A stretch of 64,000 bases of DNA from Vicugna vicugna (lineage: Eukaryota): positions 1-64,000 of the forward strand of contig MU058139.1 in NCBI GenBank assembly GCA_013265495.1, given 5' to 3'. Below, in pieces: positions 26,115-37,335 of this stretch. A program made the position numbers and the translations under genes. The notes under the pieces are model-generated. The model was given only the letters and a program-made list of their open reading frames with translations, did not search any database and was not told the DNA's origin. The stretch's first letter is position 1, and every line of letters starts with the position of its first letter.

Positions 26115-29100
26115 TTGGAAACTCTTTATTTTTAACAGATTTACTGAGGTATAATTGATATACAAAAACTGCATATATTTAATATATATGAATTTGATGA
26201 GTTTGAATACATGCATACACTCATGAAATCATCACAGTCAAGGTAATATATATACACATATATGTATATATCCATCACCTCCGAAAGTTTCCTTCTATCT
26301 TCACCCCCTTTTTTGGTGGTTGAAAACCCTTGACTTGAGGTCTACTCTCTTATCAAACTCTTTGTGTATGTGTGTGTGTGTGTATGTGTGTGTGTGTGTA
26401 TGTGTGTGTGTGTGTTTCAAATATTTGTTTTAAGTAGTAAAGGCTTTTATTATTCTGAACCTTGATTACAAGTCACATGATCAAGAACAACTGAAAAAGG
26501 AGATTCAGGAGCATGTATATTTAAAAAAAAAAAAACAGCATTTTACAAATGTCTCAGAAAGATAAGTGCTATTGAATAGTTCATAACAGAACTACTATAT
26601 AATTGACTTTGTCTAAAGATGAAAACTTTTGGGTTAATTTTCTTCCCTTGATATAAACAGGTAGAATTTATTTAAGAGCTGCCAAAGACTATCAGTGGGA
26701 AGATAAAAAAAGAAAGGAACCAGGGAAGAAAGAATGGGAAACAATTTAAATTCATTCCATTAATTATCATGGTGTCTATAAAACAAGACTCTGTAAAACC
26801 GCAAGATTATGAAGAGGTTATAAAAAATGTGATACTATGCTTATAAACTAGCCGATTTAAAATGGCTTGTGGTTATACCATCAGAGGCTGAATTTTGAAA
26901 TAAATATTCAGTAAATTTCTCTGCATAAGCATCATTGTTTGTATAAAAAACCCTTCAGTGTACAATACAGAATTGTTAACTACAGGCACCATGTTGTACA
27001 GCAGATCTCTAGAACTTACTCATCTTGGGTAACTAAAACTTTATACCCATTGAACAATTTGCCCATTACTCCCACCCCCAGCCCCTGGTCACCACCAGTC
27101 TACTCTCTGCTTCTATGAGTTGGACTATTTTAGATAATTCATATAAGTAGACTCATGCAGTATTTGTCCTTCTGTGACTGGATTTTTTTCATTTAGCGTA
27201 ATGTCCCGGTTCATCTATGTTGGTTGCATATGGCAGGATTTCCTTCCTTTTCTATGACTGAATACTCTGCTGTATGTATCCACTACATTTTCTTTATCCA
27301 CTCATCTATCAACGGAAATTTAGTTTGTTTCCATATCTTGGCTATTATAAATAATGCTGCAATGAAAGCAAGAATTCTAGTATCTCTTTGAGATACTGAT
27401 TTTCAATTTTTTTGACTAAATACCCAGAAGTGGGATTGTTGGATCATATGGTGGCTGTATTTTTAACTTTATTGAGGAAAGGCCATACTGTTTTCCATAG
27501 CAGTTATAATATTTTACATTTCCACCTACGGTGTACAAGAGTTCCAATTTTTCCACTTTCTCACCAGTTTGCTATCTTTTGCTTTTTGGATAATAAGCAT
27601 CCTGATGTGTGAAGAAGTTATGTCTTAATGTCTCCTCACAGTGTATCTTTGTTTTGATTAAGGGTCTAACTTGCATTTCCCTGATCATTAGTGATGTTGA
27701 GCATCTTTTCAAATGCCTGTTGGCCATCTATAAGTCTTCTTTGGGGAAATGTCCCTTTATGCCCTTTGCCCATTTTTCAATTGTGTTATTTAATTTTTGG
27801 CTATTGTGATGTAGGAGTTCCTTGTATTTTGGGGTCTTATTTTCTCCCATTCCATAGGTTGCTTTGTCATGCTGTTGATTTTTTCCTTTGCTGTGCAGAA
27901 ACTTCTTAATGTGATGTGGTCCCACTTGTTTAATTTTGCTTTTGTTGCTTGGGCTTTTGGTGTCATATCCAATAAATCATTGCCAAGACCAAAGTCATGA
28001 AGTTTTTCATCTGTTTTCTTCTAGAAGTTTTATAGTTTTAGTTCTTATGCTTAGGTCTTTAATTCATTTTGTATTGATTTGTGTGTGTGATGTAAGATAA
28101 GGGACCAATTCCATTCTTTTGTATCCAGTTTCCCAGCACCATTTATTAGGAAACTGTCCTTTCCCCGTTGTGTATTCTTGGCACCCTTGTTGAAGATTCG
28201 TTGCCTGTATATGCATGGGTTTCTTTCTGGACTCTACATTCTGTTCCATTGGTCTATATGTCTGTTTGTATGCTAGTACTAATCTGTTTTAATTACTATA
28301 GCTTTGTAATATACTCTGAAATCAGGAAGTATTATGGAAAGTATTATGTAAGTATTAAGTAAAACTTCTTTCTCAAGATTTGGATTCTTTTGTGATTCCA
28401 TATGAATTTTAAGATTGTTTTCTCTAGGAAAAAAAGTGCCATTGATATTTTAATTTAAAGTGCATTGAATATGCATAGAGTTTTGTTTTGTGTGGCCATT
28501 TCAACAATAGTGAGTCTTCCAATCCATAAACACAGGCTGTCTTTCCGTTTATTTGTCTTTAATTTCTCCCATCAGTGATTTGTAGTTTCCATGTACATGT
28601 CTTTCACCTCCTTGGTTGAGTTTATTCCTAAGTATTTTATTCTTTTTGACTGTAAGTGGGACTATTTTCTTAGTTATCTTTTCAGATAGTTTGCAACGGA
28701 TTTTTGTGTGTTGATTTTGTATCCTGCAGCTATACCATATTTTGTATTAGTTCTGACAGTTTTTGTTTTTTGTAGAGTCCTTAGGACTTTCTACATGTAA
28801 GATCATGTCATTTGCAGACAACAATAATTTTACTCCTTCCTTTTCAATGTGGATGCCTTTTATTTCTTTTTCCTGCCTAATTTCTCTGGCTACTACTATG
28901 TTGGATAGAAGTGGCAAGAGTGGCATCCTTGTCTTGCTCCTGATCTTAGAGGAGAAGTTTTCAGTTGTTCACTGTTGAGTATGTTAGCTATGGACTTTTC
29001 ATATATGGCCTTTATCGTTTTGAGGTACGTATCTTCTCTACTTTGTTCAGAGTGTTTATCATGAAAGGATGTTGAACTTTGTCAATTTTTTCTGCATCTA

Positions 29101-29660
29101 ATTAGACGATCATCTGATTTTTATCTCTCAACCTGTTAATATAGTGTATCATATTAATTGATTTGCATACATTGAACCATCTTTGCATTTGAGGAATAAA
29201 ATCCACTTGGCCATGGTATATGAGCCTTTTAATTTCTATTGAATTCAGTTTGCTAGTATTTTGTTGAAAATTGTTGCATCTATGTTCATCATCAGAGATA
29301 TTGACCTGTAGTCTTCTTTTCTTGTAGTATCTTTGGCTCTGGTTTCAGAGTAATAATGGATTTATAAAATGAATTTGGAAGTGTTCCCTCTTTTTCAGTT
29401 TTTTGAAGGTGCTTGAGAAGGGTTGGTGTTAATTCTTTAAGCCATCTGGTTGTGGGCTTTTGTTTGTTGGGAGGTTTTTGAGTACCTTCATCAATTATTA
29501 GTTTGTTCAAGGTTTCAGTTTCTTCAAGGTTCAGCCTTGGTAGGTAATATTTTCTAGAAATGTATTTCTTCTATGTTATCTAATTTGTCAGTGTGTAATT
29601 GTTCATAATAGTCTCTTAAAATCATTTTTACTTCTGTGGCATCAGTTACAATGTCTGTTC
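26115..29660 (-). mobile_element. L1MA/L1MB-type LINE-1 3' portion nested in the older L1
   Basis: The 3' end reads tttactgaggtataattgatatacaaaaactgc. The ORF track gives L1 ORF2 remnants (MDMTPKAQATKAKLNKWDHI; LKELTPTLLKHLQKTEKEGTLPNSFY). Confidence 0.9.
26361..26947 (-). pseudogene. Probable 3'UTR-only processed retrocopy of an unidentified gene, inserted in the L1
   Basis: About 590 bp of non-L1 sequence splits the L1 motif ctactctcttatcaaa|ttcagtgtacaataca. It starts with a (TG)n/T tract (possibly a decayed poly(A)) followed by TTTATT (AATAAA on minus) at 26446-26451. Confidence 0.5.
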
Positions 29661-29871
29661 TCTTTCTTACTTTATTAAGCTCAGGAGACTTTATCTATTG
29701 TATTGGTCTTTTGGAATAACTGGCTTTGGGATACATTCAACCTCTTATTATGTATTTTTTCTATATTATTTTGCTATCTGAATTTCTTTTTGTGCTCTTT
29801 TGTTTTTGATTTTATTTCTAATTTCTTAAGACTAACATTACATTTCTTTTAATTTTTCCCCCCTATAATCA

Positions 29872-30475
29872 TGGAGGTAATGTGCAAGAAACTTTGCAGG
29901 TCTGACTGCTCAAGCTCCACACATTCCCAAGGAAGGCTGTCTTCAGGGCTGGCCCTTGGCCAAGTGCTGGGAGATGAGCTCTGAGCCCTTAGAAAATTCT
30001 GCCTAATCAGAGTGTTCCTGCATGTCTGGAGCCTTGGGCCATGCAGTACCAAATTTCATCAGATAATTTATGCTAGCAATGTGATTTTTTTGTGAATGCT
30101 TGTTTTTGCTCTGGAATGCTGGAGTCTAAGTAGCTGAGATCAGTCATGCAGACACTGTGTGCCTGTGTTTCTGATTCTCAGTAAAACCCTGGACGCTGAA
30201 GCTCAGAGGAGCATCCCTGGTTGACAACACTTTGTGTATGTAGTCACACATCAGTGCTGGGAGAATTAGGCACATCTGTGTTACTCTACTGGCAGAGGAT
30301 ACCTGGAAGCTTGCACCTGGCTTCTCCTGGACATCATCCCATTTCCTTTTGCTGATATTAATCCACTTCTTTTTCCTGCACTAACTGTGAGCATGATCTT
30401 TTCCTTTTCTGAGCTCTGTGAGTCTTTCTGGTGAATCATTAAGCCTGAGAATGGTCTTGGGGCCGCCCTCCACAG
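29872..30475 (+). mobile_element. MER21-like solo LTR
   Basis: tggttgacaacactttgtgtatgtagtcacacatcagtgctgggagaatta...aatcattaagcctgagaatggtcttgggg, characteristic of the MER21 family. Confidence 0.75.
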
Positions 30476-32105
30476 CATTCAAGGTTAAAATTTTACACCA
30501 AGGACAGTTTTCATTGTGTTCCAGTGGCTTTAGAATGCAGTGGCCTTCCTTTCATTGCTTTCTCCACCGTTCATGGTTTCATTTAAATTGTTCTCTTTTA
30601 TCTGACTTGTATTTAGAAGTGAATTTCTGATTTTCTGAGTCACAGAGGCATATTTTTATTTTTTGTCAAATTTTATTGGATGATGATCAGAGAATATGGT
30701 CTTTAAAATTTCAGCCTTTGAAAATGTCAGTTTTTTTCTCTTTGTGAAAAGTACATTCATAATCAAGCATCATGACTTTACTATTATATGAAAATAGAAT
30801 ACTATTCCTTTACACTTAAGATACTCTATTTTACCACTGTTTTCTCCCCATGCACCAGAAAGAAGATAAATTTAGAATACTTTTAATTTTACTTAACCCT
30901 CTCCTCTCCTCAACTCCTAGGTTTTGCTGAATTTATAACTTTTAGTACAAGACTGTTATTAGCATTTTACAGTGTGTGGAAGAAAGAAACTCTGTGCTGT
31001 ATATGAATCGGATCTATCAGAAGCGGCTTGGATTATTTCTATAGCTGCTGAGAAAAGAACTGATGGGGGGGACAAAAACCTTTCTGAGAAACAGCAGAAA
31101 GTGTAGTGTCATAGGTTCATTATCACAAGACCAGAAAAGTTCACATCCTGAGCAGTACGTTATTTATCCCAGGTCTGATGAGTTAATTCACAGCTGAAGT
31201 GAACAAAATCAATTTCCTACAACAATGTTTTCAAGCTTTGTGGTTAAACCATTATATTTCCAAGTCTGATTGTCAAATACTCATATTTCTCAAGAAGTCT
31301 TATTTTTTCTCATAGCTATTAGGAAATTTGAGGACTGTATCTCTAGCTGAGTTACTTTAACCTCAGAGACTGTGGACATTTCTAGGTAGTTTCCAACACT
31401 GTTGTTTGTTTGGAGTGCTGTAGTAGCCAGCAGGATGTAAATATTTTTCTTCATTCTCTTTCTTGTCTTGCAAAGAAAAGCAATATCAACATAACCCTTG
31501 AAGACTTATGTCATCAAAGACCACCTTCCTTTCAAGGCTTCTCTTATCAATTAAAATTACAAATTAGATTTCCACATATATGGTCAGTCAAATAAATGAA
31601 GTCTCTGATTTCTAATCTTCATGTTCTGCTGTTCTTTATTTAGGTGTGATGATTTTTCAATTTCAAGGTTCATTACTGAACACTCTTTTCTCTTTTTATT
31701 TTTCTGATCTCTATTCTGAACATTGTGTTGTTTGGCTAAAGGTTTTTTCCTTGAATATTGTCCTTGGATGAAGTTCATGGAATGTATTTTTGGAACCCTT
31801 GCATATTCATAAATAAATATCATTATATTCCTTGGTGGGCAAATGATGTCTTAGATGGACACACATTTCTTGGATTGCGGGGTGTTCCTTTCCTTGGTAG
31901 CCTGTAGATGTCTGTCATTTTCCATGTTCATTCTACAGATAAACTTAATACCAGTTGGGAGTGTGTGTGTGTGAGAGAGAATCACTATAACTTCCATCTA
32001 AAATCTTGTGAAATTTACTTCTAATTTTAAGATTCAGGAATTTTGTCAAGATATACATAAGGTTGCCTCCAGAATTCTCACTTATTGAATTCTAGACTCA
32101 GTTAA

Positions 32106-32570
32106 TGTAGTAGGTAGAATAATGGCCTCTCAAAGATATCCCCTGGGACTGGTGATTATGTTATGGGGGAATTAAAGTTGCAGGTGGAATTAAGTTTGCT
32201 AATCAGTTGACCTTGAGATGCAGAGATTACCCTGGATGATCTGGGTGGGCCCAATGTCATTACAAGGATGCTCCTAAGTGAATGAGGGAGGCAACAGGGT
32301 CAGAGTCAGACCAAGACTGAAGATTTTACTGTGCTGCTTTGAAGATGGAGGAAGGGGCCATGAGCCCTGGAATGCAGACAGACTCTGGATGCTGGAAAAG
32401 GCAAGAAAACAGATTTTCCCTAAATGCCTCCCTGCTGACTCCTTGATTTTAGCCTCATGAGCCCGCTTTTGGACTTCTCACTCCCAGAAATGTAAGATAA
32501 TACATTCACATCACTTTCAGCCACTACACTTGTGATCATTTGTTTCAGAACAGCAGGAAATGAATACAGG
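32106..32570 (+). mobile_element. MLT1D-like MaLR LTR
   Basis: tgtagtaggtagaataatggcc..ttgctaatcagttgaccttgagatg..gaagatggaggaaggggccatgagcc..ggaaaaggcaagaaaacagatt. Confidence 0.85.
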
Positions 32571-33624
32571 AGATCTTGCCACAAGAGGAGAAAAATCTTG
32601 CCTAAGCTTTTCCTTATTGGCCTGGGCAGAGGCTTGCTTTTGTCCTCCAGGCCAGCTCATGTCTAGCAGGTGCCGGGCTGTGGAGAAACAGCTGGAAACT
32701 GGAGTTAGGAGGGGAGGGCACCAGGAAAGCACTCACCCACCTGCTTGCTACAATCCTCACCACTTACTTTTTCACCCTTGTGTGCTGCCATCTCCAGCAC
32801 AGCATCTTCACCTCAGACTTCATTTCTCTAGTGAAACCCGCTCCTTATTCTTCTTTTGTGTCCTTTGTTTGAATTTTAATATTCTATTAGGTTATAAATG
32901 TAGAGGTTCCAGACAAAAGAGAAAGAGAAAGAAAAGAATAAGACCTGAAAAACAAACAAAGCCATGGTCAGGTATTGCTTTTGTTGCCTGGGAGATAAAA
33001 CTAGCAGAACTATGAGCTACTAGTTCTCTAAACTTAGAGGTCCTCTACCTGCGATAAACAAATACATTAGTGGAAATAATTAACATGACCTACAGGACAA
33101 CTGAGATTAGATTTAAGAAAAGAACTGATTGGATGGGGATAAAGCCAAGCCCAAGACTTCCAGTCGGGGAATTAAAAGGCAACAGATCAAATTAAGTAGT
33201 CTGGCACACCATTTAGAATTCAGAATTTGTTAATTAGAAGCCTTGCTCTATTTGGCAATAGTTACTGATGGCTGGAAATTTTACAAACGCAGTAGTCCTC
33301 ATTTAATGCAGGAAATGTGCTTTCACTTAGGAAGTGCCCTTCTCTAGCCAAAGCGTGTATCACCATGGGTAGAAATAAGACAGAAGTCATAGGAATATAT
33401 TCCAGAATATCAGACTGAAGGAAAACAGCCATGTAAGAAATGTAAATGAAGCAATATCAAATGACCAGGAAAAGAATTATCTATGTATTGGGGAGATTCT
33501 GTTTAAAGAGGAGAGGATGGTATATTGCATAAAAAGGGAGAAGGCCACCAGAGATAGGCCAAGACTGGATAAACTGGGGAGCAGTCCTATCTTGAGTCTG
33601 AGAAGGGGGTGAGAACTAGTTAGA

Positions 33625-33822
33625 GCCCATGGGTCCAGTGCAGCTTCCTTCTTGTTGTAAATAAAGTTTTATTGGAACATGCATGCTCATTCATTTAGGT
33701 CTTGCCTATGGATGGTTCTGTGCTACAGTGACAGTTGAATAGTTGCCATGAAGACTGCATGGCCCACAGAGGTGATGATATTTACCCTCTGGTCCTTTGC
33801 AGAAGACACTGGCTGATCCTTC
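33625..33822. mobile_element. MER58A-like hAT-Charlie MITE
   Basis: ttgtaaataaagttttattggaaca..atatttaccctctggtcctttgcagaa. Confidence 0.8.
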
Positions 33823-36109
33823 GGTTAGAGGAAGCTTTCAATGGAAACACTGGGGATGGCTCTGAGGTCCATTCTGAGTAAGTTGTAACTAACAAGAGTT
33901 AAATTGCCCAAGTTGGCAGATGATTTACCTTTTAAAAAATAAAATGGCATGTAGTCATGGTTATCCCTGTGAACAGCTCTAGTGTGCTTTCTGTGGGAGA
34001 GAAAGAGATCGTTACAGCTACCAGGCAGAATTTCGTGTTTCCTGGGTCAACCTGAGAGTGAGTCGCAGGAGAGACAAGACTCATATTTATCACAAACATC
34101 CACTGAAAAGACAGAATTGAAAACTGCTTTCCTGGAAAAGCCTGTGTCTAGGGCTTCGGGATTTCATAAAAAAATGTTTTAAAGATGTCAGTGACGATGA
34201 GATCCAGCGTCTTTCTTCTTTAGCAACACGACCTGGAGTAAGACTCTACCAGCAACACCCCCACCACCCCCAGCCTCCTTCAGCTCTGCTGGGGACACAG
34301 CCTCAAACTGCTTGTAAGAGGGAGAGAGATTTTGGAGACATTACGAATTTTAAGTCTCAAGCGCTGACCTATTTACCTTCAACTGGACCAGGGCAAAGAA
34401 AATCTCCAAGTCGAAACATGTCATTGTGTTTATTGGATATTTGGATTCGTATCTTTATTTACTTCAGACCTGTTTGTGCATTTTTCACGTGTGTAAATTC
34501 CAAGTGCCTTAAAGGCTAGGGATGCTATCCTCCCTCACACTAAGTGCATCTTTTTCTGGCCTCCATAGGACACTCAATGAATTAGTTAATTACAGTTAAT
34601 CGCAGAGCCTTGCAAATGAACATTTAACCAGAGAACGTAATACTTGTCCAGGTGGTTAATATAGAGAAATGTTTTCATTCCTAGAGTGAGGGTGGTATTA
34701 GTATTTCATTTGTGAGAACTGAAATATTTTTTGGTGTCTACCTCCATAAGAATATTGTTACACAATTTCCCTTAAACTTATAGCCTAGGAAAAGAAAAAG
34801 TAAGAATTCAATGTATAGTTTTTGAGTTCATGTTAGCAATATTTTAAGTGAGCCTGGAGGGCAAGGTCTTTGTCTTGTTCATTGCGTATTCTCCCCCACT
34901 TAAAATATTATCTAGCACACAGTAGAGACCAAGTATTTTTTGAATTTTACCCGTGGACTTTGTCTTGTAATCATCTTGTAATAGTTTTAAATCTTTGAGT
35001 CAAATAATTTGATTTCTGAGTGTCTTCCTCCATCTACAGGGAACTCCTTGCTGGATATTAATATGCATATCAAATTTCAGATGCTAATAAAACAAGAATG
35101 GAGTAGACTCTATATATTTGATGTCTCAATAAAGCTTTCATTTGCTTGCTTTGTGTTTCATCTTATTTTTATTCATTTTCCTTTATCAATTCAAGTATAT
35201 CATTTCCAGCATTTATTTTCACAGGAGAGCCCACAAGGTCTGGGTAGTTATTCCTTATTTAAAGAACAATAGTCAGCAACTACAACATACAATGGATTCC
35301 TTAATTTACACAAAAATCGGGTGTAAACAGAGAGTGAGCAACATATCTGTGGCGTTTATAGAAGTCTTGGGGATGAGATCCTAAAAACTAATTTTCTCAG
35401 GCTTCCAAAGAATTGTCACTGTGCCTCATTTTTCTCTCTTTAACAGGAAATAAATATATAAAAGTGGAATCTATCATGAAGTTGATATTTTAGGAGTATT
35501 GTGATCCTGTCTGTTTGGTAAGAGAGAAATAGGACAACCTTTCACATTTTTAAAGTTCTTTTAAAAGGATTTGAAGTAAGTGCAAGAACATTAGTGAACT
35601 CCATAACTTTGATCTACTGCAAGTAATAGTTATTTTAGGGTTCTGAGGAGGAATGATGTACACCATGGTTAAGCATACAGAAACAAAAAATAAAGAATCT
35701 TTCATGATCATATATGTGTTAGTTTACCTCTAAATGTGAGATACCCATCAACCTAAGATTTTTATATTTACAGTTCAAGATAGCTGGAATGAACAAGAAT
35801 CCACACAAAATGGGGATAAATGTGGAATGATTGTTTTATGTTTAGACCAAGGAGTGGATAAGACCTCAGATTTGAAAATAGCCAAACTAAGATTAATAGA
35901 ATTTTAACATTAAATTGGAGCCCAGAAGATGAACTTTAAAGAATGGAATAAAAATGCTTTTATTTCTAAATAAAATAAGACTACATTGTTATTTTACTTT
36001 GAATTTTTCTGACTTGATCATGCCCAACTCTTCTTGTGGTATCAAAATAAAGTGGGAATTTGAACCCTGTCAAGATACTGGGCTTTCTACATTCCCAAAA
36101 TAAAGAGTT

Positions 36110-36222
36110 CAAAAGAATATGAAAATGAATATATGTATATATCTGCGCATGACTGGGACATTATGCTGTACACCAGAAATTGACACATTGTAACTGACTA
36201 TACTTCAATTAAAATAAAAAAG
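36110..36222 (+). mobile_element. Short young L1 3' end
   Basis: gaaaatgaatatatgtat..gactgggacattatgctgtacaccagaaattgacacattgtaactgactatacttcaattaaaa. Confidence 0.85.
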
Positions 36223-36275
36223 AATTGTAAATATCATCTCATTCTAACTTTGAAATTGATTTCAGGTAAACTTTA

Positions 36276-36314
36276 TATTTTATTTTATTTTTTATTAAAG
36301 TATAGTCAATTACC
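36276..36314 (-). mobile_element. 39-bp L1 3'-terminal micro-insertion with 13-bp TSD
   Basis: T-rich tail plus attaaagtatagtcaattac, flanked by exact CAGGTAAACTTTA at 36263-36275 and 36315-36327. Confidence 0.75.
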
Positions 36315-36914
36315 CAGGTAAACTTTAAACTTTAAATAAATCATTGTAAATCAAATGGAGCTCAAGTTTAAGAAAGCATTTAGAAGGTTTGGAAGAAAAG
36401 CAGGAAATAGCTATTTTGACTGAGCCAGTTTCTTTCTGAATAATGCTAAAATTGGGATTTAATCTTCTGGCAGTGTGGTTTACTATGCAGTAGGCTGTAA
36501 GGCTTTCTCAAAATATTGAATATTTTTATAGCGTTCTTGATATGCCAACTATAGATTATCTCATGGTAACATGGTTTTTATTTCTTAGGTTAAAATGAAA
36601 TTCTTATTCTTGAAGAAAGAAAAATTCATCCTGTTGATCCTTTTTCACTCATGCTTTCAGCCCTGCACCATCACAGTAAATCATGCTTGCTTTGTTTTTT
36701 TAAAATATTAGGAGTGTTTTGATATAAAATGCCTTTAATTATCCAGCTAATAGAGCAGCCGTGTGTTCTGATTGGAAATGAGGCCGCCCAGCTCTCTCGT
36801 GTGCATTTGATAGGAAATAATTGCCTTCCCTGTACGTCACCTCGGCTGGATGGATTTCATCTCATTTCTGGGATGCTTTCTGTATCATGATCACACGGAA
36901 CTTGAAAGGGACAT

Positions 36915-37335
36915 AACTGTATGCTCTCACTCATATGTGGAATCTAAACAAACAAAAACACAAGCTCAAAGATCCACAGAACAGATCAGTGGTTGCCAGA
37001 GGCAGGGGGGTGGGGAGTGAGCCAAATGGATAAAAGTAGTCGGAAGGTGGAAACTTCCATTTACAAAATAAATAAGTCTTGGGGATATAATGTATAGCAT
37101 GGCTCTAGTTAATAATACTGTATTGCATATTTGAAAGTTGCTAAGAGAGTCAGTCTTTAAAAGTTCTCATCACAAGAAAAAAAGAATTCCGTAACTATGT
37201 ACGGTGACAGATGTGAACTAGGTTTACTGTGGTGATCGTCTCGCAGTATATACAAATATCGAATCATGTTGTTTACTTGAAACTAATATAATATTGTATG
37301 TTGACTGTACCTCAATAAAAAAATTTCTAAAATAA
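36915..37335 (+). mobile_element. L1MA9-like 3'UTR fragment
   Basis: tcactcatatgtggaatctaaa..gttaataatactgtattgcatatttgaaagttgctaagagagt..tacctcaataaaa. Confidence 0.85.

Larger units (their letters stand above)
19250..30760 (-). mobile_element. Old L1M(E)-type LINE split into pieces (about 19250-20160, 23621-23941, 25735-26110, 29660-29870, 30480-30760) by nested insertions
   Basis: The antisense L1 ORF2 consensus continues colinearly across each insertion, e.g. ...tttttatcaatttt|CRYZ copy|tatcaattttaaaatagaggttataataacttcataaaatgaa. Confidence 0.7.

Noticed and set aside
31170..31210. CTGATGA…CTGAAG motif resembling a hammerhead ribozyme core or a C/D box pair
   Set aside because: Lacks the GAAA core and convincing stems I/III, and the spacing is too short for a snoRNA.
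36720..36900. Possible conserved enhancer-like unique sequence (also 44440-44850)
   Set aside because: Conservation and activity cannot be judged from this sequence alone.
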